64,000 nt of DNA, from NCBI GenBank assembly GCA_963976765.1, contig CAXBME010000013.1, forward strand, positions 1-64,000. The letters run 5' to 3'. This DNA comes from an uncultured Planctomycetaceae bacterium (GTDB lineage: Bacteria; Planctomycetota; Planctomycetia; Planctomycetales; Planctomycetaceae). A program made the position numbers and the translations under genes. Positions 48,692 to 58,789 of the stretch are shown here, piece after piece; the first letter of the stretch is position 1, and each line of letters starts with the position of its first letter. The notes beneath the pieces were generated by a model. The model saw nothing but the letters and a program-made list of their open reading frames with translations, had not been told where the DNA came from and made no database searches.

Positions 48692-49846
48692 GTGTACCTG
48701 GCCTATTTTCGAGCAGTCGCAAAAGAAATCCAGAGCAGCCTTGCTCGGGATGTAGCGAGCTTTCCAAAGCCTGCCCCGGAGCATTTCAAGGTGTCTCTCA
48801 CAGAGTTGACAGCGGAAGAAGTCGCGGCGATCGAGTCGAACTCGATGTGGCCTCGTTTTCTGATCGGTCCTGTGGGGTTGGCAGCTCAGGCAGCGCTGGC
48901 GCTTTACTGGCCGACCGGGCATGTGGGGTGGCAGGTTCTCTGGACTGCACTCGCCGCTTATGTATTTTTCTGCTGGACCAGCTGCTTTCACGAAGCGTCT
49001 CACCAGACGATCTGCGGTTCGCGCCGAGTCAGCATCGTTATTGGCCGCGCGATCGGCACCATGATCTTTGTGCCGTACTCGATCTATCGAGAAAGTCACA
49101 TTCGGCATCACGCTTATCTCAACAAGCCTACTGATTGGGAACTGTGGCCGTACTCCGACCCGCAGACATCCCTCTGGTTCCGGAGGTTCTTCTGCTGGCT
49201 CGAATTCCCATTGGGTGTGTTCACGACGCCATTCGCTTACGGAAGGCTCTACTTTCACTCCGGCTCGCCACTGACCGATTCAAAGATTCGACGCCAGATC
49301 GGCTGGGAGTACGTCGCCATGTTCATCACCTGGATGGCGATCCTGACAACGGTGGCTGTCACCGGAAGCTGGATCATCTTCCTGCGAGCGTGGGTGATTC
49401 CTCACTGGATTGCCGGAGTGCTCCAGGCTTTTCGCAAGTTTACCGAACATCTGGGGATGAAAAGCTACGATCCACTTCTGGGAGCCCGCACGGTTATCAG
49501 CCAGACGTGGCTGACGAAAATCGCCTGCTATTTCAACTTCGACATCTTCATGCACGGCCCGCATCATCGCCATCCGCGAGCGTCAACGAACCAGCTTCGC
49601 GAAAAGATGACCGATTATCAGCGAAGCAATCCCGACCTCGTGTATCCGGTCTTTCCGACATACCGGTCAGCCATCCTCGACATGCTGCCGGCCATCTGGA
49701 ATCCCGGTGTCGGCATGAACGCTGGCGCCCCGGCTCCTGTGGCTGAGAAAGCCCAGGTCGAGAACTTTGTGGCCGACGTCTCCAGAGACATTCTGTCGGA
49801 CTCGGAAAATGAAACCCGAAGCGTCGCCAGCGAATTCTCCCGCTGA
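48692..49846 (+). CDS. Membrane fatty acid desaturase family protein (start uncertain)
   Basis: His boxes HEASH, HIRHH, HGPHHRH; FTEH. Confidence 0.88.
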   Translation: MYLAYFRAVAKEIQSSLARDVASFPKPAPEHFKVSLTELTAEEVAAIESNSMWPRFLIGPVGLAAQAALALYWPTGHVGWQVLWTALAAYVFFCWTSCFHEASHQTICGSRRVSIVIGRAIGTMIFVPYSIYRESHIRHHAYLNKPTDWELWPYSDPQTSLWFRRFFCWLEFPLGVFTTPFAYGRLYFHSGSPLTDSKIRRQIGWEYVAMFITWMAILTTVAVTGSWIIFLRAWVIPHWIAGVLQAFRKFTEHLGMKSYDPLLGARTVISQTWLTKIACYFNFDIFMHGPHHRHPRASTNQLREKMTDYQRSNPDLVYPVFPTYRSAILDMLPAIWNPGVGMNAGAPAPVAEKAQVENFVADVSRDILSDSENETRSVASEFSR

Positions 49847-50184
49847 GCTTGAGAAGCGTGCCTCGTCCTGCGAGGGCAGATCGCGCAGAGGCAGAATGCT
49901 TCATTGTGCGAGTTTGGCGTCGACTCGCGTTCGGTGTCTCATCCCGGGCTGAGGACGCGGCATCCGGTCGCCTGTGCGTCGCTCACTGATTGCAGGCAAT
50001 CCGTGCGAGGCTGGTCTGGAGAGGTTTTGGGTCTTGCGGTTTCGATTGTCTGATTATGGAAGCGGAAAGTAGTCTCATGTCTCAGATGTGGTTTTAAGTT
50101 TGTCGCATGATTGGTTCGCCAGAACGGGTCAGCGAAGAACGACGCTTTGATAACTCATCATCAACCTTAACCGAAAGTCTATCG

Positions 50185-50916
50185 ATGAATCGTTCAGTCC
50201 TTCGCGCCGCAACGAGTCTGTTTCTGCTTTTCGGTGTTCTGTCGTCATCGGCCTGGAGTCATTATCTGTGGGTCGTGCTTGATAAGAAGTCCGGAGAGCA
50301 CGGCACGGTCAACGTCTATTACGAAGGCGGGCCAGCGCCCGGCGACGGGCAGTATCTCGATCGATTTATCAGGAGCGGCAAGACCTGGATTCGCACTCTT
50401 GCTGCCGGCCGTCCTGCCGAGTTGAAGATGCAGGAGGCAAAGTCACCAGGCAAGCGCTGGCTGTCGGCTTCGCTCACCTCGGACGGTCCACGGAGTATCG
50501 ATAGCTATGGCAAATTTGGCGTGTACCGATACGGCAAGACGGACGTGCTGCTGCATTATTACGCCAGGCACTTCGACGTCAGCTCGCTGGACGAACTGAT
50601 GAAGCTCGGGCGAGCCGAACAGCTCCATCTGGATATTGTCCCGCAACTCATTGATGACGGGCTCGGTTTTCAAGTCCTGTGGAAGGGTAAGCCCGTCGCT
50701 GGTCGACCGGTCGCCGTCCGCGGACCAGGCGGATTCAACGCGAATCTGACGACAGACGAAAAGGGCCACGTCCATTTCGAACTGAAAGGGCAGGGCCGCT
50801 ACACCCTACGGACGAGTGTCGAGCAAAAAGAAACCGGCACTGACGACGGCGAAGAATTTCAATTGGTCCGCCACCACGGAACGGCCCTGATCAATCTGCC
50901 TGTCCACAAGAAATGA
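50185..50916 (+). CDS. Secreted DUF4198-like protein
   Basis: Signal peptide ending AWS-HYLW, LDIVP, QVLWKGKP, TTDEKG. Confidence 0.65.
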   Translation: MNRSVLRAATSLFLLFGVLSSSAWSHYLWVVLDKKSGEHGTVNVYYEGGPAPGDGQYLDRFIRSGKTWIRTLAAGRPAELKMQEAKSPGKRWLSASLTSDGPRSIDSYGKFGVYRYGKTDVLLHYYARHFDVSSLDELMKLGRAEQLHLDIVPQLIDDGLGFQVLWKGKPVAGRPVAVRGPGGFNANLTTDEKGHVHFELKGQGRYTLRTSVEQKETGTDDGEEFQLVRHHGTALINLPVHKK

Positions 50917-50930
50917 ATCAGCCGCAGAGG

Positions 50931-50952
50931 GTAGCCTGGGTCTCGACCCAGC
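50931..50952 (+). repeat. REP family A, upstream of RAYT
   Basis: GTAGCCTGGGTCTCGACCCAGC. Confidence 0.88.
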
Positions 50953-50971
50953 AAGATTTTATCGTGTGAGC

Positions 50972-51520
50972 ATGCGTCGATATTTGCGATCCCGCTCTGG
51001 CCGGGTTTATTTCTTCACGCTGGTGACTCACGAGCGACGTCCGCTCCTGACGACAGAGGCAGGCCGTTCAGCGCTACGTGAGTCTATTCGACATGTCCGG
51101 CAGACTCATCCCTTTCGGATCACGGCTATTGTTCTGCTTCCCGATCACCTTCACGCTGTGCTGGAACTTCCCGATGGAGACTCTGACGATTCAACTCGAT
51201 GGCGTTTGATCAAGTCTCAATTTACTCGCCGCTGGCGTGAAGCCGGTGGAGCGGAAGGGGTCGCATCTCAGAGTCGCCAGCAAAAGGGCGAACGTGGAGT
51301 CTGGCAGCGACGATTTTATGAACACACATGCCGAGACGAAAACGACTTGAAACGCTGCGTGGACTACATCCATGTGAATCCACTCAAGCATGGTCTGGAT
51401 TCGAAAGTCCGTGACTGGCCATGGTCGTCATTTCACCGGTATGTCAGGCTCGGCGAGTACTCGCCGGATTGGGGCAGCGCGAACGACTGGTACGGAGATG
51501 AATTCCTCGATGCTGAATAA
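50972..51520 (+). mobile_element. rayT: REP-associated tyrosine transposase (RAYT / TnpA-REP, Y1 HUH family)
   Basis: YFFTLVT, VLLPDHLH (HUH), WQRRFYEH, DYIHVNP (catalytic Tyr), DWPWSSFH; flanked by REPs; no tnpB. Confidence 0.95.
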
Positions 51521-51565
51521 AGCCGGGGCACAATCCGCTCGGCTGCAAAGAGTACGCCGAAACCG

Positions 51566-51626
51566 GTAGGCTGGGACGCGTCTCAGCAATGCTCACACGC
51601 TGGGGCGAGACCCAGACTACGTCACT
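51566..51626. repeat. Inverted REP pair family A, downstream of RAYT
   Basis: GTAGGCTGGGACGCGTCTCAGC ... GCTGGGGCGAGACCCAGACTACGTCACT. Confidence 0.9.
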
Positions 51627-51630
51627 AAAT

Positions 51631-51658
51631 GCAACCAGTGCCACCCAATTACGATGAG
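51631..51658. repeat. Partial GGGTGGC element, direct repeat of 52862-52889
   Basis: GCAACCAGTGCCACCCAAT-TACG-ATGAG vs GCAACCAGTGCCACCCAAT-CAGG-ATGAG. Confidence 0.85.
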
Positions 51659-52677
51659 CGATTGGTATGGGTCAGAAAATGCCACCAGCCCGACTGACCT
51701 AGACCGGCAATGATGGCAATCAGAACGGCTAGCAGACCGAGCCAGATAACGATCGCAATTTGAGATGCACGTCGGGCTCGGTCGGCTTCCCACCACCGCC
51801 GCGGTCCGATTCCCTTGGCAAGGAACGTGACGACGCCGGCGAGATTCACACAGATCACGTTCACCAGAACCAGCAGTGCGGCTCCCCCTGCCTCTGAATA
51901 ATGGCCACCAGTGAGCATCATGCCGGACACGGCAAGCGGCGGCAGCAGAGCCACAGCAACCATCACTCCGATTAGCGAGGTCGGGGCACCGGTTGTGTAG
52001 GCCAGCACTCCCGCACATCCTGCGGCAAGTGCCAATAGCGGGTCGGACATGCCAACGACAGTCCGGGACGCAATTTCCTCACTGGCCATAGATGGCTGAA
52101 ACAGAAGGCCAATGCTGCAGGCCAGCACAAAGGCGAACCCGACGCCAACGATATTGGTCTTTAATGACTTCTTCGCAAGGTCCGTGTCTCCCAGTGTGGT
52201 TGCGAGGGCCAGCGAGACATTCGGCCCGAGCAGCGGAGCCATCACCATCGCTCCGATAATGATGGCTACGCTGTCACGAATCAGCCCGATCCCGGCGACG
52301 ATGGTGGAGAGAACGATCAGAATTAGAAATGTTGATGAGAGGTCGGCTGATTTCGAGATCGCCGCGTAGAGCTCATGCCGGCTGACTCTCTGCGGAGTTG
52401 CGTCGGAGTCTTCCGTTTCTTCGTCTTCTTGAGGAGTTGGGATGGTGGCTTCGACGCGGAAGACCAGAATTCGTAGATCAGGCCGCTCGCCAAACGCATT
52501 CTGCACGCGGTCGACAATGGCTTCCACTTCGTCTGCGGTCGTCAGAATCCGCGACAGCCGATGAGCATCATCCAGAGACTCATCCCAGATTCCGAGCGTT
52601 CGATGCTTAGCGAGCAATTCCGGAATGCGGCTAACCGAATCAACCGAAAGCACTACTTCCACAAGCCGTAAGTCCAT
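51649..52677 (-). CDS. DUF389 / TIGR00341 family membrane protein
   Basis: DSVAIIIGAMVMAPLLGP, EIASRT, GVMVAVALLPPL. Confidence 0.93.
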   Translation of the reverse strand: MDLRLVEVVLSVDSVSRIPELLAKHRTLGIWDESLDDAHRLSRILTTADEVEAIVDRVQNAFGERPDLRILVFRVEATIPTPQEDEETEDSDATPQRVSRHELYAAISKSADLSSTFLILIVLSTIVAGIGLIRDSVAIIIGAMVMAPLLGPNVSLALATTLGDTDLAKKSLKTNIVGVGFAFVLACSIGLLFQPSMASEEIASRTVVGMSDPLLALAAGCAGVLAYTTGAPTSLIGVMVAVALLPPLAVSGMMLTGGHYSEAGGAALLVLVNVICVNLAGVVTFLAKGIGPRRWWEADRARRASQIAIVIWLGLLAVLIAIIAGLGQSGWWHFLTHTNRSS

Positions 52678-52795
52678 CGTCTATCCCACGCCGTGAGTTG
52701 TTTTAAGATCGACGAGAATCTTATGGGAAACAGGGTGGTCCGTCGTTGAACAACGAGAATCTGGTGTCGAGACGCGCCCTGCGAACAATGGCGTC

Positions 52796-52980
52796 GTCTG
52801 GGGCTCGACCCAGCTTGTGGGCATTGCAGGTTACCTCTTGTGCTTCGCACACCGGTTGCAAGCAACCAGTGCCACCCAATCAGGATGAGTCATTAGCAAG
52901 AATCAACCAGTGCCATCCGGGTTGGAGAACCTCTTGTGCCTGCGGCACCCAGACTGGGTCAGGACCCAGCCTACGTCACT
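52796..52980. repeat. Composite repeat cluster: REP A (52796-52817), two-hairpin element (52833-52877), partial copies (52904-52918, 52929-52954), REP A (52954-52980)
   Basis: GTCTGGGGCTCGACCCAGC; ACCTCTTGTGCTTCGCAC-ACCGGTTGCAAGCAACCAGT-GCCACCC; ACCTCTTGTGCCTGCGGCACCCAGAC; CTGGGTCAGGACCCAGCCTACGTCACT. Confidence 0.85.
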
Positions 52981-52986
52981 TCACTC

Positions 52987-54159
52987 TTAATTCCAGTTGC
53001 ATTCGCAATGCTCACTTTTTTCCACGAGTCGTCCACAAGATTCACATCGACCGCGATGGCTCGCTGCGATTCCGCTTGGAGTTCGGCGTTTGCGACGCGC
53101 TTTAGATTCGGCTTTGTTGCGACGCATGACTGCTTGGACTTTCTTCCGGATCTTCTCAATAACAGTATGAAGCGATTCGTCCTGATTCTGCGATCGCCAG
53201 TCTTCGAAGAATATCACGCAGTCAGCCCATTGTTCGGGTGACATCTCAGGAGCGTTTGCCAATACCATATCACATAGATTTCGAAGCATTTCGAGATTGA
53301 AAGACTCGGATGATTGCCATATTGAAATTATCTCGGTGACATATGCACTACACGATTCGACCGCGTTTCCAATTTCAGTAAGTTCTTCGGAACTTACAGT
53401 CCGTTTCTTGAAATGCAGATTCAGGAGCAAAAGCAGTGATTGGCGATGCGGTACCACCGATTTAGGTACTCGTCCACTCACCCATGCTTGGATCCATTCC
53501 CACGAGATGAACTCCCTTCGGATGAATTCCTTGGACTCGCTTTCAACTTGACTTATGAGCTTTTTGCACTCACTTCGAAGTGATGCCGAACCGACAATTT
53601 CAGTCTTCGCAAAGGAAGCAAGCCGTTGAAGAACCTGTTTTTGGGACTGAAACTCCTTCGGGAGCGTAATCCCAAGTGACGTCAATGTTTCTAGATTTGC
53701 GACCTTTCGAGACCGGATAGAAAGTATCCATGGATCGGCATTCTCATCGTTAGGAGCCATCGAACGAAACCGTTCAAGTAGTGACCTGACTCCGTGTTCG
53801 ATTACGAAATCAATGTCACTCTCCAGAAAAGATTTCTCATCGACGAAGAGTGTTCCTGCTTCCTGTTCAGCGAGAGTGTGTAGCGAATCTGCAAGTCCAG
53901 TACACAGAATTGATGGAATAAATTGGGTGATTTTTTTCTGTACCCAAGAGATACCTTCTTGGTCAATTCCACCCAATGCTGCAATGTAAAGTTGAAGGGC
54001 TGACCCTTCTGATGCGATAGCACATTCGTAAATTGCAGCGTGAGAGCGAGTGATTGCTTGGGCGAATTCAGTGGATGAAACATCACCCCAAATTCGATTT
54101 GCTAACGACAAACCACGTTCAGAAAGTTGTAATTCTATACAGTAGTCCCAATCGTCCAT
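52987..54159 (-). CDS. AT-rich orphan protein (390 aa) with basic C-terminus and Zn-ribbon-like Cys motif
   Basis: Long open frame in AT-richer DNA; ends RRKRR...CESC...HCEC; start placed at MDDWDY. Confidence 0.75.
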   Translation of the reverse strand: MDDWDYCIELQLSERGLSLANRIWGDVSSTEFAQAITRSHAAIYECAIASEGSALQLYIAALGGIDQEGISWVQKKITQFIPSILCTGLADSLHTLAEQEAGTLFVDEKSFLESDIDFVIEHGVRSLLERFRSMAPNDENADPWILSIRSRKVANLETLTSLGITLPKEFQSQKQVLQRLASFAKTEIVGSASLRSECKKLISQVESESKEFIRREFISWEWIQAWVSGRVPKSVVPHRQSLLLLLNLHFKKRTVSSEELTEIGNAVESCSAYVTEIISIWQSSESFNLEMLRNLCDMVLANAPEMSPEQWADCVIFFEDWRSQNQDESLHTVIEKIRKKVQAVMRRNKAESKARRKRRTPSGIAASHRGRCESCGRLVEKSEHCECNWN

Positions 54160-54194
54160 ATCAGAAATCTTAGAGGTGATGGGTGGGTATCCCC

Positions 54195-54255
54195 AGTGGC
54201 GTAGGTGGGTCGCGACCCAGCTTCCGGCTGTTGCTGGGACCAGTCCCAGCCTACG
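54195..54255. repeat. Inverted REP pair family A
   Basis: AGTGGCGTAGGTGGGTCGCGACCCAGC ... GCTGGGACCAGTCCCAGCCTACG. Confidence 0.88.
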
Positions 54256-54269
54256 GATCGACCTGCCGC

Positions 54270-55580
<1,311 letters not shown>

Positions 55581-55983
55581 GGTGGGGGCTCTTTAATTGT
55601 TTGAGTTTCAGATGGTTACTGTGCTGAGCGTTGAATCGGGGTGGCTTAGCTTCGAAATTGGATATTCCTGGTGATTGCCAATTCCGCTGAGGACCGCACT
55701 CTTTCAAACGCAGCCTGCAAACAAAGCGAGGGTGCAGCGGCGGTTGAGACCGAAATATCCCGACTGGGATGATGGGTCCCGATCCGTCGTAGCACCCTCA
55801 AGTCGGGCACAGCGTACCGACGTAAATGTCGATTTTGAAGGAAACCAGTGGCGGCAGGCGGTTTGCATCGAAGGACTCGTATGGGAACGAGACGGCTTCG
55901 TGCCGTACATTGTTCAGGTCGGCCGGGACAAGTTGTTTCGGGTCAGTATCGCCCAGCCCTCAAGCAGCGACAGAAACAAGCCT

Positions 55984-56985
55984 GTGTACGAATTCGGAAG
56001 AAACGGAAAAGTGAACGTCGCGGTGGCGGCTGCGGTGATGGTGGCCGTCGTTGTCACGGTCGGATTGTTCATTTTTCTCAGTCCGAAACGCTCGGAAGCA
56101 CCTGCTGAGCCGACGCGGAAGCTCGCCTCAGACGCTGCTGTTCTGACAAAACTGTCGTTGTCTCTGGACGGAGCGTCGCTGGCGGCGGCCTCGGCAAAGG
56201 GCGAGGTGATTGTCTGGCGTCTGCCGGAGAGACGGTCGACGACTGCCGGGAAAGCGACCGATAGCGCGGCCACGCTGCTGTCCTGGTCGCCGGATGGTTT
56301 GCTGGTTTGTGGCGACAGCTCGGGGCTGCTGCGAGCATGGCCGCAGGCGGATCTCAAGGAATCGACGGTCGATAGTCCGCGAGTTGCCGTCACGGGCTGT
56401 GTCTTTCGGCAGAAGCTGGCCGATAAGCAGATGCTCCTGGGACTGAGCGACGGACGCATCGTGACGATCACTCCGTCAGAAACCATGGTGAGGGAATCCG
56501 GACACCGAGGTGTCAAAGCGATGCTGATCAGCGACGATCAGTCAACGCTGGTGTCAGCCGGTAGCGAGGGCGAACTCATCTGGTACGACTTCAAGCGGGA
56601 CGAAAATGTCGCAACGGCTTCCGTTCACGAAACCGAAATCGCCGCGCTGGCGTGGTCGCCGGGCGGAGCACAGTTTGTCTCAGCCGACTGGAACGGCGAG
56701 CTGAGAATCTGGGACACGAAGAAACGGAAACTCATGGCCGAAGCGAAGCAGCCGGACGCGGTTTCCGCTCTGGTCTGGATCGACGATCGAATGGTAACCG
56801 GAAGCTGGGACGGTCGGATTCGCGTATGGAACGTCGAGTCGAATCAGCCTGAGCTGGCATTCTCAATTTTTACCGGGCGGCCGATTCACGATCTCGTCGT
56901 TGAATCGTCCGGCGAGACTGCGTTCACCGTCTCAGGCGATGGTTCAGTCCGCGAATGGAGCCTGACAACGGCCGTGGCTGAGTGA
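55984..56985 (+). CDS. Membrane-anchored WD40-repeat protein (start uncertain)
   Basis: N-terminal TM; WSPDG, WSPGG..VSADWNG.LRIWD, VTGSWDG.IRVWN. Confidence 0.8.
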   Translation: MYEFGRNGKVNVAVAAAVMVAVVVTVGLFIFLSPKRSEAPAEPTRKLASDAAVLTKLSLSLDGASLAAASAKGEVIVWRLPERRSTTAGKATDSAATLLSWSPDGLLVCGDSSGLLRAWPQADLKESTVDSPRVAVTGCVFRQKLADKQMLLGLSDGRIVTITPSETMVRESGHRGVKAMLISDDQSTLVSAGSEGELIWYDFKRDENVATASVHETEIAALAWSPGGAQFVSADWNGELRIWDTKKRKLMAEAKQPDAVSALVWIDDRMVTGSWDGRIRVWNVESNQPELAFSIFTGRPIHDLVVESSGETAFTVSGDGSVREWSLTTAVAE

Positions 56986-57005
56986 TGACTCTTCAGAGTT
57001 TCGAG

Positions 57006-57081
57006 ACCACGGAAGACACGGAATTACACGGAAACCCTTAATCCTGTTATTTCGTCCGTGTAATTCCGTGCTTTCCGTGGT
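57006..57081. repeat. Inverted element built from three CACGGA units per arm
   Basis: ACCACGGAAGACACGGAATTACACGGA ... TCCGTGTAATTCCGTGCTTTCCGTGGT (27-bp arms, 2 mismatches). Confidence 0.88.
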
Positions 57082-57197
57082 TACTCCTTTCCGGTCGTTC
57101 GGTTTGTCATCAGCCTGTTGTGATTGCGGTGCCAATCGATTGAAATGGTGCACCCGCGTGTGCTGACTTCGGTTTGCGATCTTTTGAGAATTGATCT

Positions 57198-58253
57198 GTG
57201 GAAGCAACCACTTACACCTGCCGCATCGTCGTGACGACTGGCCCTGACCGGGGCAAGGTTTTCGAAGTCGACGAAGACCTGATTCATATCGGTCGGGCGG
57301 ATGAAAATCAGATCGTGCTGGACGATCCGTCGTTGCCGGATCACCAGGCCAGCATTCTGCGAAAGAACGGTCGCTTCGCGATCTTTCGACCGACCGATGC
57401 TGAAGTGCGGGTTGACGGGGCCGACATCCCCGCCGAGAAATGGGTGTGGCTGCCGAACGACGTCCGGCTGCACTTTGGTCGACGGACATCGTGCCAGTTG
57501 ACGTATGAAATGTCGCTCGACAATGAACCGGCAGCTTCCCCGAAACCTGCTGCGGCGAAAGGGCCGAAGTCATCATCAAAGTTACGACCGGCTGCTGTGC
57601 CTCAAGCGGGAATCGTCTCGACGAAATCAGGACAGGATTCCGAAGACGCCAGCAACGATGTCGAAGCTGGCGGCGAGCACTCTGTTGATCAGTCGTCAGA
57701 GGACGCGTCTGCCGTCGAGGGTGGTCGGAAAAAGAAGAGCCGGAAGAAAGGCAAGTCTGCGAAACGCCAGAAGAACGTGGCGAGGTTTATCACCGATCAG
57801 GGCGGGCCGCTGGTGGAACTCGGCGCGGACGGGCATCTTCCGGAGTTGTCGCTGCAGGACGATCTCGCTCGGAAGGAAAAACAGGCGAAACCGAAACAGT
57901 CGAATTCGGCGCTGTTGTATTCGGTGCTGGGCCTGTCGTTTCTCAGCTCGCTGGCGATGCTGTTTGCCGAGGTCGATCCGCCGTCCGTTTCGGAACTCAG
58001 CAAAGCAGACGCTCGCGAAGAGATTGTTCGTTTCTTCGGCAGCGACGATAAAGAACTGGAGACCTGGCAACGGCGACTGCGCGCGGCTCGGTTAGCTCAT
58101 TCGCGAGGTGACAGCGAAACGGAACTTCGAAGATACCGTGAAGTCCTTGCGGCACTGAATTCGGAAGACCGGGATGTTCACATTGGGATGACCGGTCGCC
58201 TCGCCAGCGACGAGGAGCTGAAAAAGCTCATCGGGATCATCATCAGCCGATAG
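57198..58253 (+). CDS. FHA-domain membrane protein
   Basis: GPDRGK.F, IHIGRADENQIVLDDPSL..H; basic linker; one TM helix. Confidence 0.8.
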   Translation: MEATTYTCRIVVTTGPDRGKVFEVDEDLIHIGRADENQIVLDDPSLPDHQASILRKNGRFAIFRPTDAEVRVDGADIPAEKWVWLPNDVRLHFGRRTSCQLTYEMSLDNEPAASPKPAAAKGPKSSSKLRPAAVPQAGIVSTKSGQDSEDASNDVEAGGEHSVDQSSEDASAVEGGRKKKSRKKGKSAKRQKNVARFITDQGGPLVELGADGHLPELSLQDDLARKEKQAKPKQSNSALLYSVLGLSFLSSLAMLFAEVDPPSVSELSKADAREEIVRFFGSDDKELETWQRRLRAARLAHSRGDSETELRRYREVLAALNSEDRDVHIGMTGRLASDEELKKLIGIIISR

Positions 58254-58272
58254 CGTCTTCTTCGGCAGAATC

Positions 58273-58337
58273 GTGTGCTACTGGCTCTGCCTGTGTCTCG
58301 CGTGTCGTGACTGACACTGGCAGAGCCAGTGGTACAC
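58273..58337. repeat. Inverted pair, GTGTGCCACTGGCTCTGCCAGTG-type repeat
   Basis: GTGTGCTACTGGCTCTGCCTGTGTC ... GACACTGGCAGAGCCAGTGGTACAC between convergent genes. Confidence 0.8.
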
Positions 58338-58351
58338 CAGATTGTGGCGTG

Positions 58352-58603
58352 TCACGGCGGGTCGTGGCCGCCAGGATTAAACGGGTGGCAGCGGCAGATT
58401 CTCCACACGCCTTTCAGTGAGCCACGAATTGCACCGTACTTTTGAACTGCCTGAATGAAATAACGGCTGCAGGTTGGGTGGAAGCGGCACTGTTGCCCAA
58501 TGAGCGGGCTCAGGAAGATCTGATACAGCCGCACCATGCCGATCAGAATCCGGCTTGGCAGATCGACCAGTAGGTTCCAGAGAGTTGAGATCCAGGCGGG
58601 CAT
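58352..58603 (-). CDS. yidD: Membrane protein insertion efficiency factor
   Basis: [32 protein letters not shown]. Confidence 0.95.
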   Translation of the reverse strand: MPAWISTLWNLLVDLPSRILIGMVRLYQIFLSPLIGQQCRFHPTCSRYFIQAVQKYGAIRGSLKGVWRICRCHPFNPGGHDPP

Positions 58604-58789
58604 TCGAAGCTTATGACCAGGGAAACGACAAAGAGCAACTTTACCGCGCAGGCTCGATAGTGAATCGAGAAGCCTGAAATTCTGCGAACCTTGTACCAGG
58701 CAATGGCTTTCCAGATCCCTATAGTGTGCCTGTGCCCTTGATGGGGCGATGCAGTTGCACATTCTTCGTGAGCGATTGGGAAACTGATT

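Noticed and set aside
49847..50184. Cobalamin riboswitch upstream of the DUF4198-like gene
   Set aside because: No recognisable B12-box or GCCACTG core
50972..51520. IS200/IS605 insertion sequence
   Set aside because: No tnpB; flanking GTAG hairpins with dispersed copies and the WQRRFYEH motif indicate a RAYT
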